Below are positions 1 through 14,713 of a DNA stretch of 64,000 nt, one piece after another. The translations under genes and the position numbers were made by a program. The stretch comes from Veleropilina oligotropha. Its lineage: Eukaryota. Every line of letters begins with the position of its first letter. Position 1 is the stretch's first letter. Below the pieces are notes generated by a model that saw nothing but the letters and a program-made list of their open reading frames with translations, made no database searches and had not been told where the DNA came from. The stretch lies in contig JBEUKZ010000062.1 in NCBI GenBank assembly GCA_048128005.1, forward strand, positions 248,001 to 312,000, given 5' to 3'.

Positions 1-481
1 CAAGAGAACTACTATTGATGTCTGTAGTCGACATTTATCAAATTTACGTGATAAAATCGAAAAACAGGAAGTGCCTCGCCGGCCATTAAAGCATTTGTTT
101 CAAGTGGCAATATATCAAAAAGGATGCACCGCAGACACATAGTTACTATGGGGAGCCTATGGGAAGTCATGGTTCATCTTGCACATGTGACCTTGACCTT
201 TGACCTCAGTTGACCTACATTGCAGTAAATGACATAATTAAGGGAAACGCCCTATTTTTGCCAGAAAATGGTCACGAAATGGCCAACTCGGTTAATATTG
301 ATGCTAGAGCTTAGATATTTTGAATGGAAAAAAAAAAAAATCGAAAAACTTTCAATTTTAAAAAAAAAATTTAAATAAAATTTAAAAAAATTCTAAAAAA
401 TTTAGGTGTGTTTTGTGTTCAACTAATTAATGAGATAACATGGCTCTAACTTGAAGCCCTGCACAGCTGCTAGCAGCTTTA

Positions 482-510
<29 letters not shown>

Positions 511-512
<2 letters not shown>

Positions 513-2130
513 TGACGTTTTTTGTAAACACTTTAGCGCAAAAACGGCTATAGCTGCATAGTTGTAAGTTGCCATATAGTTAGTACTATAGCTGAATTGA
601 TGCATACAACTTTTTGAGTCACATGACCGCGCCGGTTTGTCGGCCATCTTGGATTACGTCATAAACTAGCTTCTTTTATAACTTTGTTAATATTTAACCT
701 AGCGGGACATGATTAGTATATTCGGATGCCAGAGTCGCTTGTCAAAAATGTCATGAGAGTGGATTTTTGAATTTTTAATTTAACCGGCGGCCATAGTGAA
801 ATCAATTTAAAATGGCTATAGCTTGGAAATGATGCAACGTAGACCCATGGTTACTATGGGGAGCCTATGGGAAGTCATGGGTGGGCTTTCGAAAATGACC
901 TTGACCTTTGACCTCAGGTGACCTACATTGCAGGAAATGACCTAATTAAGGAAAAATGCATACATGTGTGCCCATAGTGGTTGAAGTGAACTACTATTGA
1001 TGTCTGTAGTTGACATTTATCAAATTTACGTGATAAAATCGAAAAACAGGAAGTGCCTCGGCGGCCATTAAAGCATTTGTTTCAAGTGGCAATATATCAA
1101 AAAGGATGCTCCGCAGACACATAGTTACTATGGGGAGCCTATGGGAAGTCATGGTTCATCGTTCACATGTGACCTTGACCTTTGACCTCAGTTGACCTAC
1201 ATTGCAGTATATGACCTAATTAAGGAAAACGCCCTATTTTTTCCAGAAAATGGTCACGAAATGGCCAACTCGGTTAATATTGATGCTAGAGCTTAGATAT
1301 TTTGAATGGAAATAATAAAAAAATTCGATCTAAAAACTTTCAATTTTTTTTTAAAAATTTTAAAAAAAATTGAAAAAATCCTAAAATTTTTAGAATATCC
1401 AGGAATATAACTTGGAGCCCTATACAGCTGCTAGCAGCTTTTATTAGACTTAGTTTTTTTAGATGAATATTGCTTCATAGCGCCTCTAAAAATCGTCCTT
1501 TTTCTTCCAGATTTTCGCATAAAATATACTATATAAAGATCATTATATTAGAGAATTGTGACAAGAATACAATAAGTACTTTCATTGTTTAAAAAATACT
1601 ATTTTAATTCCTCGTCTCATGTCGGCGCGACCAGCTCAGTGCTAATTGCCTTACCAGATGAAGTAGGCAGTTTATGAGCCTGCCTCTTTGAGGTGTCATA
1701 AAGCCGTGCAGCAACCCTGTCCAGTGGACAGCAAGGCCCTTCAGAAGTTCTGCTATCAGGCTTAAGTAAACATTTAGCCAACAGAAGGCTACATGATTCA
1801 TTAACTGTTAATATATGGTGAAAACATTGATATTCTGTTGGTCAGTCCAGTTGCGCATTCATTATTATAGATACTTCTTAATTTCCATCATAGGTTAATG
1901 CACAAGATAATAGATTTAAAAACTACTATACGGCGTAGAAATCTAAGATTGGCGGCATTCGATTCAGAGTGGCCATATGTATATCTTAAAATATAAAAAA
2001 AAAAATTTTACATTTAGTATTTTGTAATTTTTTTTTTTTTAAATTAAACTTTTTTATTTTTTTGTATTTTACGTCTTTTTTTTATTTCGTTTATCTGATT
2101 GAAGCCCTCACAGCTGCTCGCAGCTTTAAT
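511..2130 (+). mobile_element. Composite HINE variant: standard body plus ~690-bp extension with a second right end
   Basis: The first right end (~1414-1442) runs into TTATTAGACTTAG... and the unit ends TGAAGCCCTCACAGCTGCTCGCAGCTTTAATT. Near-identical copies are at 3221-4836, 4864-6485 and 18600-20219, with an internally deleted copy at 20243-21481. Confidence 0.8.
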
Positions 2131-2193
2131 TATTATTATTAGGGCTTCAAGCCTTTTCAAGCTTGAAGCCCTATTGAAATTGAAAGAATTATT

Positions 2194-3196
2194 AGGGCTC
2201 CAAAAATTTTTTTTTGGAGACCTATTGTTTTTATTGTGATTTTTATTCTTATTATTATTATTATTCTCCGGAAGTTGTGGCAGTCCTAGCGCCTAAACTG
2301 CTATAGCTGCATAGTTGTAAGTTGCCATATAGTTACTACTATAGCTGAATTGATGCATACAACTTTTTGAGTCACATGACCGCGTCGGTTTGTCGGCCAT
2401 CTTGGATTACGTCATAAACTAGCTTCTTTTATAACTTTCTTAATATTTAACCTAGAGCGACATGATTAGTATATTCGGATGCCAGAGTCGCTTGTCAAAA
2501 ATGTCATGAGAGTGGATTTTTGAATTTTTAATTTAACCGGCGGCCATAGTGAAATCAATTTAAAATGGCTATACCTTGGAAATGATGCAACATAGACCCA
2601 TGGTTACTATGGGGAGCCTATGGGAAGTCATGGGTGGGCTTTCGAAAATGACCTTGACCTTTGACCTCAGGTGACCTACATTGCAGGAAATGACATAATT
2701 AAGGAAAAATGCATACATGTGTGCCCATAGTGGTTGAAGTGAACTACTATTGATGCCTGTAGTCGCCATTTATCAAATTTACGTGATAAAATCGAAAAAC
2801 AGGAAGTGCCTCGGCGGCCATTAAAGCATTTGTTTCAAGTGGCAATATATCAAAAAGGATGCACCGCAGACACATAGTTGCTATGGGGAGCCTATGGGAA
2901 GTCATGGTTCATCTTTCACATGTGACCTTGACCTTTGACCTCAGTTGACCTACATTGCAGTAAATGACCTAATTAAGGAAAACGCCCTATTTTTGCCAGA
3001 AAATGGTCACGAAATGGCCAACTCGGTTAATATTGATGCTAGAGCTTAGATATTTTGAACGGAAATAAAAAAAAAATTCGATCTAAAAACTTTCATTTTT
3101 TTTTTTAAATTTAAATTTTTTTTAAAAAAATTCTAAAAATTTTAGAATATCCAGGAATATAACTTGGAGCCCTATACAGCTGCTAGCAGCTTTAAT
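2194..3196 (+). mobile_element. Representative complete HINE copy (left end, microsatellite, body, right end)
   Basis: AGGGCTCCAAAAA..TTTTGGAGACCT hairpin at 2194, then (ATT)n, body from about 2265, and GGAGCCCT plus palindrome at about 3165-3192. Confidence 0.8.
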
Positions 3197-4834
3197 TATT
3201 ATTATTATTATTATTATTATTCTGACGTTTTTTGTAAACACTTTAGCGCAAAAACGGCTATAGCTGCATAGTTGTAAGTTGCCATATAGTTAGTACTATA
3301 GCTGAATTGATGCATACAACTTTTTGAGTCACATGACCGCGCCGGTTTGTCGGCCATCTTGGATTACGTCATAAACTAGCTTCTTGTATAACTTTGTTAA
3401 TATTTAACCTAGCGGGACATGATTAGTATATTCGGATGCCAGAGTCGCTTGTCAAAAATGTCATGAGAGTGGATTTTTGAATTTTTAATTTAACCGGCGG
3501 CCATAGTGAAATCAATTTAAAATGGCTATAGCTTGGAAATGATGCAACGTAGACCCATGGTTACTATGGGGAGCCTATGGGAAGTCATGGGTGGGCTTTC
3601 GAAAATGACCTTGACCTTTGACCTCAGGTGACCTACATTGCAGGAAATGACCTAATTAAGGAAAAATGCATACATGTGTGCCCATAGTGGTTGAAGTGAA
3701 CTACTATTGATGTCTGTAGTTGACATTTATCAAATTTACGTGATAAAATCGAAAAACAGGAAGTGCCTCGGCGGCCATTAAAGCATTTGTTTCAAGTGGC
3801 AATATATCAAAAAGGATGCTCCGCAGACACATAGTTACTATGGGGAGCCTATGGGAAGTCATGGTTCATCGTTCACATGTGACCTTGACCTTTGACCTCA
3901 GTTGACCTACATTGCAGTATATGACATAATTAAGGAAAACGCCCTATTTTTTCCAGAAAATGGTCACGAAATGGCCAACTCGATTAATATTGATGCTAGA
4001 GCTTAGATATTTTGAATGGAAATAATAAAAAAATTCGATCTAAAAACTTTCAATTTAAAAAATTTTAAAAAAATTTGAAAAAATCCTAAAATTTTTAGAA
4101 TATCCAGGAATATAACTTGGAGCCCTATACAGCTGCTAGCAGCTTTTATTAGACTTAGTTTTTTTAGATGAATATTGCTTCATAGCGCCTCTAAAAATCG
4201 TCCTTTTCCTTCCAGATTTTCGCATAAAATATACTATATAAAGATCGTTATATTAGAGAATTGTGACAAGAATACAATAGGTACTTTCATTGTTTAAAAA
4301 ATACTATTTTAATTCCTCGTCTCATGTCGGCGCGACCAGCTCAGTGCTAATTGCCTTACCAGATGAAGTAGGCAGTTTATGAGCCTGCCTCTTTGAGGTG
4401 TCATAAAGCCGCGCAGCAACCCTGTCCAGTGGACAGCAAGGCCCTTCAGAAGTTCTGCTATCAGGCTTAAGTAAACATTTAGCCAACAGAAGGCTACATG
4501 ATTCATTAACTGTTAATATATGGTGAAAACATTGATATTCTGTTGGTCAGTCCAGTTGCGCATTCATTATTATAGATACTTCTTAATTTCCATCATAGGT
4601 TAATACACAAAATAATAGATTTAAAAACTACTATACGGCGTAGAAATCTAAGATTGGCGGCATTCGATTCAGAGTGGCCATATGTATATCTTAAAATATA
4701 AAAAAAAAATTTTTACATTTAGTATTTTTTTTAATTTATTTTTTTTAAATTAAACTTTTTTATTTTTTTGTATTTTACGTCTTTTTTTTATTTCGTTTAT
4801 CTGATTGAAGCCCTCACAGCTGCTCGCAGCTTTA

Positions 4835-4865
<31 letters not shown>

Positions 4866-7800
4866 TGACGTTTTTTGTAAACACTTTAGCGCAAAAACGG
4901 CTATAGCTGCATAGTTGTAAGTTGCCATATAGTTAGTACTATAGCTGAATTGATGCATACAACTTTTTGAGTCACATGACCGTGCCGGTTTGTCGGCCAT
5001 CTTGGATTACGTCATAAACTAGCTTCTTTTATAACTTTGTTAATATTTAACTTAGCGGGACATGATTAGTATATTCGGATGCCCGAGTCGCTTGTCAAAA
5101 ATGTCATGAGAGTGGATTTTTGAATTTTTAATTTAACCGGCGGCCATAGTGAAATCAATTTAAAATGGCTATAGCTTGGAAATGATGCAACGTAGACCCA
5201 TGGTTACTATGGGGAGCCTATGGGAAGTCATGGGTGGGCTTTCGAAAATGACCTTGACCTTTGACCTCAGGTGACCTACATTGCAGGAAATGACCTAATT
5301 AAGGAAAAATGCATACATGTGCGCCCATAGTGGTTGAAGTGAACTACTATTGATGTCTGTAGTCGACATTTATCAAATTTACGTGATAAAATCGAAAAAC
5401 AGGAAGTGCCTCGGCGGCCATTAAAGCATTTGTTTCAAGTGGCAATATATCAAAAAGGATGCACCGCAGACACATAGTTACTATGGGGAGCCTATGGGAA
5501 GTCATGGTTCATCTTTCACATGTGACCTTGACCTTTGACCTCAGTTGACCTACATTGCAGTAAATGACCTAATTAAGAAAAACGCCCTATTTTTGCCAGA
5601 AAATGGTCACGAAATGGCCAACTCGGTTAATATTGATGCTAGAGCTTAGATATTTTGAATGGAAATAATAAAAAAATTCGATCTAAAAACTTTCAATTTT
5701 TTTTAAAAAATTTTAAAAAAAATTGAAAAAATCCTAAAATTTTTAGAATATCCAGGAATATAACTTGGAGCCCTATACAGCTGCTAGCAGCTTTTATTAG
5801 ACTTAGTTTTTTTAGATGAATATTGCTTCATAGCGCCTCTAAAAATCGTCCTTTTTCTTCCAGATTTTCGCATAAAATATACTATATAAAGATCGTTATA
5901 TTAGAGAATTGTGACAAGAATACAATAAGTACTTTCATTGTTTAAAAAATACTATTTTAATTCCTCGTCTCATGTCGGCGCGACCAGCTCAGTGCTAATT
6001 GCCTTACCAGATGAAGTAGGCAGTTTATGAGCCTGCCTCTTTGAGGTGTCATAAAGCCGCGCAGCAACCCTGTCCAGTGGACAGCAAGGCCCTTCAGAAG
6101 TTCTGCTATCAGGCTTAAGTAAACATTTAGCCAACAGAAGGTTACATGATTCATTAACTGTTAATATATGGTGAAAACATTGATATTCTGTTGGTCAGTC
6201 CAGTTGCGCATTCATTATTATAGATACCTCTTAATTTCCATCATAGGTTAATGCACAAGATAATAGATTTAAAAACTACTATACGGCGTAGAAATCTAAG
6301 ATTGGCGGCATTCGATTCAGAGTGGCCATATGTATATCTTAAAATATAAATTTTTTTTTTTTACATTTAGTATTTTTTGTAATTTTTTTTTTTTTAAATT
6401 AAACTTTTTTATTTTTTTGTATTTTACGTCTTTTTTTTATTTCGTTTATCTGATTGAAGCCCTCACAGCTGCTCGCAGCTTTAATTATTATTATTATTCT
6501 TCTTCTTATTCTCCAAAAGTTGTGGCCGCCCTAGCGCCAAAACGGCTATAGCTGCATAGTTGTAAGTTGCCATATAGTTAGTACTATAGCTGAATTGATG
6601 CATACAACTTTTTGAGTCACATGACCGCGTTGGTTTGTCGGCCATCTTGGATTACGTCATAAACTAGCTTCTTTTATAACTTTGTTAATATTTAACCTAG
6701 CGGGACATGATTAGTATATTCGGATGCCAGAGTCGCTTGTCAAAAATGTCATGCGAGTGGATTTTTGAATTTTTAATTTAACCGGCGGCCATAGTGAAAT
6801 CAATTTAATATGGCTATATCGTGGAAATGATGCAACGTAGACCCATGGTTACTATGGGGAGCCTATGGGAAGTCATGGGTGGGCTTTCGAAAATGACCTT
6901 GACCTTTGACCTCAGGTGACCTACATTGCAGGAAATGACCTAATTAAGGGAAAATGCATACATGTGTGCCCATAGTGGTTGAAGTGAACTACTATTGATG
7001 TCTGTAGTCGACATTTATCAAATTTACGTGATAAAATCGAAAAACAGGAAGTGCCTCGGCGGCCATTAAAGCATTTGTTTCAAGTGGCAATATATAAAAA
7101 AGGATGCACCGCAGACACATAGTTACTATGGGGAGCCTATGGGAAGTCATGGTTCACATGTGACCTTGACCTTTGACCTCAGTTGACCTACATTGCAGTA
7201 AATGACCTAATTAAGGGAAACGCCCTATTTTTGCCAGAAAATGGTCACGAAATGGCCAACACGGTTAATATTGATGCTAGAGCTTAGATATTTTGAATGG
7301 AAATAATAAAAAAATTCGTTCTAAAAACTTTCAATTTTTTTTAAAAAATTTAAATTTTTTTTTTAAAAATCTTTAAATTTTTAGAATATCGAGGATTATA
7401 ACTTGGAGCCCTATACAGCTGCTAGCAGCTTTAATTAGGGCTCCAAAATTTTTTTTTTGGAGACCTATTGTTTTTATACTTATTTTTATTCTTATTAGGG
7501 CTCCAAAAATTTTTTTTTGGAGACCTATTGTTTTTATGTTTATTTTTATTCTTCTTATTATTATTATTATTATTATTATAGTTCGGAAGTTGTGTCAAGC
7601 CTAGCGCCTAAACTGCTATAGCTGCATAGTTGTAAGTTGCCATATAGTTACTACTATAGCTGAATTGATGCATACAACTTTTTGAGTCACATGACCGCGT
7701 CGGTTTGTCGGCCATCTTGGATTACGTCATAAACTAGCTTCTTTTATAACTTTCTTAATATTTAACCTAGAGCGACATGATTTATATATTCGGATGCCAA

Positions 7801-8512
7801 AGTCGCTTGTCTAAAATCTTATCAAAGCGGATTTTTGAATTTTTAATTTAACCGGCGGCCATACTGAAATCAATTTAAAATGGCTATACCGTGGAAATGA
7901 TGCAACGTAGACCCATGGTTACTATGGGGAGCCTATGGGAAGTCATGGGTGGGCTTTCGAAAATGACCTTGACCTTTGACCTCAGGTGACCTACATTGCA
8001 GGAAATGACCTAATTAAGGAAAAATGCATACATGTGTGCCCATAGTGGTTGAAGTGAACTACTATTGATGTCTGTAGTCGACATTTATCAAATTTACGTG
8101 ATGAAATCGAAAAACAGGAAGTGCCTCGGCAGCCATTAAACCATTTGTTTCAAGTGGCAATATATGAAAAAGGATGCACCGCAGACACATAGTTACTATG
8201 GGGAGCCTATGGGAAGTCATGGTTCATCTTTCACATGTGACCTTGACCTTTGACCTCAGTTGACCTACATTGCAGTAAATGACCTAATTAAGAAAAACGC
8301 CCTATTTTTGCCAGAAAATGGTCACGAAATGGCCAACTCGGTTAATATTGATGCTAGAGCTTAGATATTTTGAATGGAAATAATTAAAAAATTCGATCTA
8401 AAAACTTTCAATTTTTTTTAAAAATTTAATTTTTTTTTACAAAAATCCTAAATTTTTTAGAATATCCAGGAATATAACTTGGAGCCCTATACAGCTGCTA
8501 GCAGCTTTAATT

Positions 8513-8783
8513 AGGGCTCCAAAATTTTTTTTTTGGAGACCTATTGTTTTTATATTTATTTTTATTCTTCTTATTATTAGGGCTCCAAAAAATTTTTTTT
8601 GGAGACCTATTGTTTTTATACTTATTTTTATTCTTCTTATTATTATTATTATTATTAGGGCTCCAAAAATTTTTTTTTGGAGACCTATTGTTTTTATACT
8701 TATTTTTATTCTTCTTATTATTATTAGGGCTCCAAAAATTTTTTTTTGGAGACCTATTGTTTTTATATTTATTTTTATTCTTC

Positions 8784-8808
<25 letters not shown>
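8513..8808 (+). repeat. Stack of four HINE left-end modules
   Basis: AGGGCTCCA4-5T8-9GGAGACCTATTG at 8513, 8579, 8657 and 8726, each followed by a T-rich segment and (ATT)n. Confidence 0.9.
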
Positions 8809-8815
<7 letters not shown>

Positions 8816-11800
8816 AAGTTGTGTCAGTCCTAGCGCCTAAACTGCTATAGCTGCATAGTTGTAAGTTGCCATATAGTTACTACTATACCTGAATTGATGC
8901 ATACAACTTTTTGAGTCACATGACCGCGTCGATTTGTCGGCCATCTTGGATTACGTCATAAACTAGCTTCTTTTATAACTTTGTTAATATTTAACCTAGA
9001 GCGACATGATTTATATATTCGGATGCCAAAGTCGCTTGTCTAAAATTTAATCACAGAAAATTTTTGAATTTTTAATTTAACCGGCGGCCATAGTGAAATC
9101 AATTTAAAATGGCTATATGTTGGAAATGATGCAACGTAGACCCATGGTTACTATGGGGAGCCTATGGGAAGTCATGGGTGGGCTTTCGAAAATGACCTTG
9201 ACCTTTGACCTCAGGTGACCTACATTGCAGGATATGACCTAATTAAGGAAAAATGCATACATGTGTGCCCATAGTGGTTGAAGTGAACTACTATTGATGT
9301 CTGTAGTCGACATTTTCAAATTTACGTGATAAAAGCAGAAAACAGGAAGTGCCTCGGCGGCCATTAAAGCATTTGTTGCAAGTGGCAATATATCAAAACG
9401 GATGCACCGCAGACACATAGTTACTATGGGGAGCCTATGGGAAGTCATGGTTCATCTTTCACATGTGACCTTGACCTTTGACCTCAGTTGACCTACATTG
9501 CATGAAATGACCTAATTAAGGAAAAATGCATATATGTGTGCCCATAGTGGTTGAAGTGAACTACTATTGATATCTGTGGTTGACATTTATCAAATTTACG
9601 TGATAAAATCGAAAAACAGGAAGTGCCTCGGCGGCCATTAAAGAATTTGTTGCAAGTGGCAATATATCAAAACGGATGCACCGCAGACACATAGTTACTA
9701 TGGGGAGCCTATGGGAAGTCATGGTTGATCTTTCACATGTGACCTTGAACTTTGACCTCAGTTGACCTACATTGCAGTAAATGACCTAATTAAGAAAAAC
9801 GCCCTATTTTGGCCAGGAAATGGTCACGAAATGGCCAACTCGGTTAACATTGATGCTAGAGCTTAGATATTTTGAATGGAAATAATAAAAAAATTCGATC
9901 TAAAAAAAACAAAATGGCCGCCATATTTCCTTGAAAGGCCATACCTCGAGAACGACGTGTCGTACAGACCTGAAATTTACGGCATTCCATTCAGAGTGAC
10001 CTATATAAATTATATATATATTAATAACATTTTATTTGAAAAAAATTTACGAAAAACTTTCAATTTTTTTTATAAAATTTAAATTTTTTTTTTAAAAATT
10101 TAGAATATCCAGGAATATAACTTGGAGCCCTATACAGCTGCTAGCAGCTTTAATTCTTATTATTATTCTTATTATTATTATTATTCATCAGAAGTTGTGT
10201 CAAGCCTAGCGCCTAAACTGCTATAGCTGCATAGTTGTAAGTTGCCATATAGTTACTACTATAGCTGAATTGATGCATACAACTTTTTGAGTCACATGAC
10301 CGCGCCGGTTTGTCGGCCATCTTGGATTACGTCATAAACTAGCTTCTCTTATAACTTTGTCAATATTTAACCTAGAGCGACATGATTTATATATTCGGAT
10401 GCCAAAGTCGCTTGTCAAAAATTTAATCACAGAAAATTTTTGAATTTTTAATTTAACCGGCGGCCATAGTGAAATCAATTTAAAATGGCTATATTTTGGA
10501 AATGATGCAACGTAGACCCATGGTTACTATGGGGAGCCTATGGGAAGTCATGGGTGGGCTTTCGAAAATGACCTTGACCTTTGACCTCAGGTGACCTACA
10601 TTGCAGGAAATGACCTAATTAAGGAAAAATGCATACATGTGTGCCCATAGTGGTTGAAGTGAACTACTATTGATGTCTGTAGTCGACATTTATCAAATTT
10701 ACGTGATAAAATCGAAAAACAGGAAGTTCCTCGGCGGCCATTAAAGCATTTGTTTCAAGTGGCAATATATCAAAAAGGATGCACCGCAGACACATAGTTA
10801 CTATGGGGAGCCTATGGGAAGTCATGGTTCATCTTTCACATGTGACCTTGACCTTTGACCTCAGTTGACCTACATTGCAGGAAATGACCTAATTAAGGAA
10901 AAATGCATACATGTGTGCCCATAGTGGTTGAAGTGAACTACTATTGATGTCTGTAGTCGACATTTATCAAATTTACGTGATAAAATCGAAAAACAGGAAG
11001 TGCCTCGGCGGCCATTAAAGCATTTGTTTCAAGTGGCAATATATCAAAAAGGATGCGCCGCAGACACATAGTTACTATGGGGAGCCTATGGGAAGTCATG
11101 GTTCATCTTTCACATGTGACCTTGACCTTTGACCTCAGTTGACCTACATTGCAGTAAATGACCTAATTAAGAAAAACGCCCTATTTTTGCCAGAAAATGG
11201 TCACGAAATGGCCAACTCGGTTAATATTGATGCTAGAGCTTAGATATTTTGAATGGAAATAATAAAAAAATTCGATCTAAAAACTTTCAATTTTTTTTAA
11301 AAAATTTATTTATTTTTTTTAAAAATCTTAAAATTTTTAGAATATCGAGGATTATAACTTGGAGCCCTATACAGCTGCTAGCAGCTTTAATTCTTATTAT
11401 TCTTATTATTCTTATTATTCTTATTATTATTATTCTCCAAAAGTTGTGGCCGCCCTAGCGCCAAAACGGCTATAGCTGCATAGTTGTAAGTTGCCATATA
11501 GTTACTACTATAGCTGAATTGATGCATACAACTTTTTGAGTCACATGACCGCGTCGGTTTGTCGGCCATCTTGGATTACGTCATAAACTAGCTTCTTTTA
11601 TAACTTTCTTAATATTTAACCTAGAGCGACATGATTTATATATTCGGATGCCAAAGTCGCTTGTCTAAAATTTAATCACAGAAAATTTTTGAATTTTTAA
11701 TTTAACCGGCGGCCATAGTGAAATCAATTTAAAATGGCTATATTTTGGAAATGATGCAACGTAGACCCATGGTTACTATGGGGAGCCTATGGGAAGTCAT

Positions 11801-13526
11801 GGGTGGGCTTTCGAAAATGACCTTGACCTTTGACCTCAGGTGACCTACATTGCAGGAAATGACCTAATTAAGGAAAAATGCATACATGTGTGCCCATAGT
11901 GGTTGGATTGAACTACTATTGATGTCTGTAGTCGACATTTATCAAATTTACATGATAAAAGCGGAAAACAGGAAGTGCCTCGGCGGCCATCAAAGCATTT
12001 GTTGCAAGTGGCAATATATCAAAACGGATGCACCGCAGACACATAGTTACTATGGGGAGCCTATGGGAAGTCATGGTTCATCTTTCACATGTGACCTTGA
12101 CCTTTGACCTCAGTTGACCTGCATTGCAGTAAATGACCTAATTAAGAAAAACGCCCTATTTTTGCCAGAAAATGGTCACGAAATGGCCAACTCGGTTAAT
12201 ATTGATGCTAGAGCTTAGATATTTTGAATGGAAATAATAAAAAAATTCGATCTAAAAAAAACAAAATGGCCGCCATATTTCCTTGAAAGGCCATACCTCG
12301 AGAACGACGTGTCGTACAGACCTGAAATTTACGGCATTCCATTCAGAGTGACCTATATATATATATATCTATTAATATCATTTTATTGGAAAAAAAATTA
12401 CGAAAAACTTTCAATTTTTTTTATAAAATTTAATTTTTTTTTTAAAAATTCTAAAAAATTTAGAATATCCAGGAATATAACTTGGAGCCCTATACAGCTG
12501 CAAGCAGCTTTAATTAGGGCTCCAAAAATTTTTTTTTGGAGACCTATTGTTTTTATATTTATTTTTATTCTTCTTATTATTATTATTATTATTATAGTTC
12601 AGAAGTTGTGTCAGTCCTAGCGCCTAAACTGCTATAGCTGCATAGTTGTAAGTTGCCATATAGTTAGCACTATAGCTGAATTGATGCATACAACTTTTTG
12701 AGTCACATGACCGCGTCACTTTGTCGGCCATCTTGGATTACGTCATAAACTAGCTTCTTTTATAACTTTGTTCATATTTAACCTAGAGCGACATGATTAG
12801 TATGTTCGGATGCCAGAGTCGCTTGTCAAAAATGTCATGAGAGTGGATTTTTGAATTTTTAATTTAACCGGCGGCCATAGTGAAATCAATTTAAAATGGC
12901 TATAGCTTGGAAATGATGCAACGTAGACCCATGGTTACTATGGGGAGCCTATGGGAAGTCATGGGTGGGCTTTCGAAAATGACCTTGACCTTTGACCTCA
13001 GGTGACCTACATTGCAGGAAATGACCTAATTAAGGAAAAATGCATACATGTGTGCCCATAGTGGTTGAAGTGAACTACTATTGATGTCTGTAGTTGACAT
13101 TTATCAAATTTACGTGATAAAATAAAAAAGCAGGAAGTGCCTCGGCGGCCATTAAAGTATTTGTTTCAAGTGGCAATATATCAAAAAGGATGCACCGCAG
13201 ACACATAGTTACTATGGGGAGCCTATGGGAAGTCATGGTTCATCTTTCACATGTGACCTTGACCTTTGACCTCAGTTGACCTACATTGCAGTAAATGACC
13301 TAATTAAGGAAAACGCCCTATTTTTGCCAGAAAATGGTCACGAAATGGCCAACTCGGTTAATATTGATGCTAGAGCTTAGATATTTTGAATGGAAATAAT
13401 AAAAAAATTCGATCTAAAAACTTTCAATTTATTTTAAAAAATTTAAAAAAAATTTGAAAAAATCCTAAAATTTTTAGAGTATCCAGGAATATAACTTGGA
13501 GCCCTATACAGCTGCTAGCAGCTTTA

Positions 13527-13565
<39 letters not shown>

Positions 13566-14680
13566 AAGTTGTGTCAGTCCTAGCGCCTAAACTGCTATAG
13601 CTGCATAGTTGTAAGTTGCCATATAGTTACTACTATAGCTGAATTGATGCATACAACTTTTTGAGTCACATGACCGCGTCGGTTTGTCGGCCATCTTGGA
13701 TTACGTCATAAACTAGCTTCTTTTATAACTTTCTTAATATTTAACCTAGAGCGACATGATTTATATATTCGGATGCCAAAGTCGCTTGTCTAAAATTTAA
13801 TCACAGAAAATTTTGGAATTTTTAATTTAACCGGCGGCCATAGTGAAATCAATGTAAAATGGCTATATTTTGGAAATGATGCAACGTAGACCCATGGTTA
13901 CTATGGGGAGCCTATGGGAAGTCATGGGTGGGCTTTCGAAAATGACCTTGACCTTTGACCTCAGGTGACCTACATTGCAGGAAATGACCTAATTAAGGAA
14001 AAATGCATACATGTGTGCCCATAGTGGTTGGATTGAACTACTATTGATGTCTGTAGTCGACATTTATCAAATTTACATGATAAAAGCGGAAAACAGGAAG
14101 TGCCCCGGCGGCCATTAAAGCATTTCATCTTTCACATGTGACCTTGACCTTTGACCTCAGTTGACCTACATTGCAATAAATGACCTAATTAAGGAAAAAT
14201 GCATACATGTGTGCCCATAGTCGTTGAAGTGAACTACTATTGATGTCTGTAGTCGACATTTATCAAATTTACGTGATAAAATCGAAAAACAGGAAGTGCC
14301 TCGGCGGCCATTAAAGCATTTGTTTCAAGTGGCAATATATCAAAAAGGATGCACCGCAGACACATAGTTACTATGGGGAGCCTATGGGAAGTCATGGTTC
14401 ATCTTTCACATGTGACCTTGACCTTTGACCTCAGTTGACCTACATTGCAGTAAATGACCTAATTAAGAAAAACGCCCTATTTTTGCCAGAAAATGGTCAC
14501 GAAATGGCCAACTCGGTTAATATTGATGCTAGAGCTTAGATATTTTGAATGGAAATAATAAAAAAATTCGATAAACTTTTAATTTTTTTTTTAAATTTAA
14601 ATTTTTTTTTTAAAAATTCTAAAAAATTTAGAATGTCCAGGAATATAACTTGGAGCCCTATACAGCTGCTAGCAGCTTTA

Positions 14681-14713
<33 letters not shown>

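Noticed and set aside
8513..8808. CRISPR-like look of palindromic repeats with spacers (also 17115-17376)
   Set aside because: The spacers are near-identical T-rich/(ATT)n sequence, there are no cas genes, the context is eukaryotic, and the repeats are HINE left ends.
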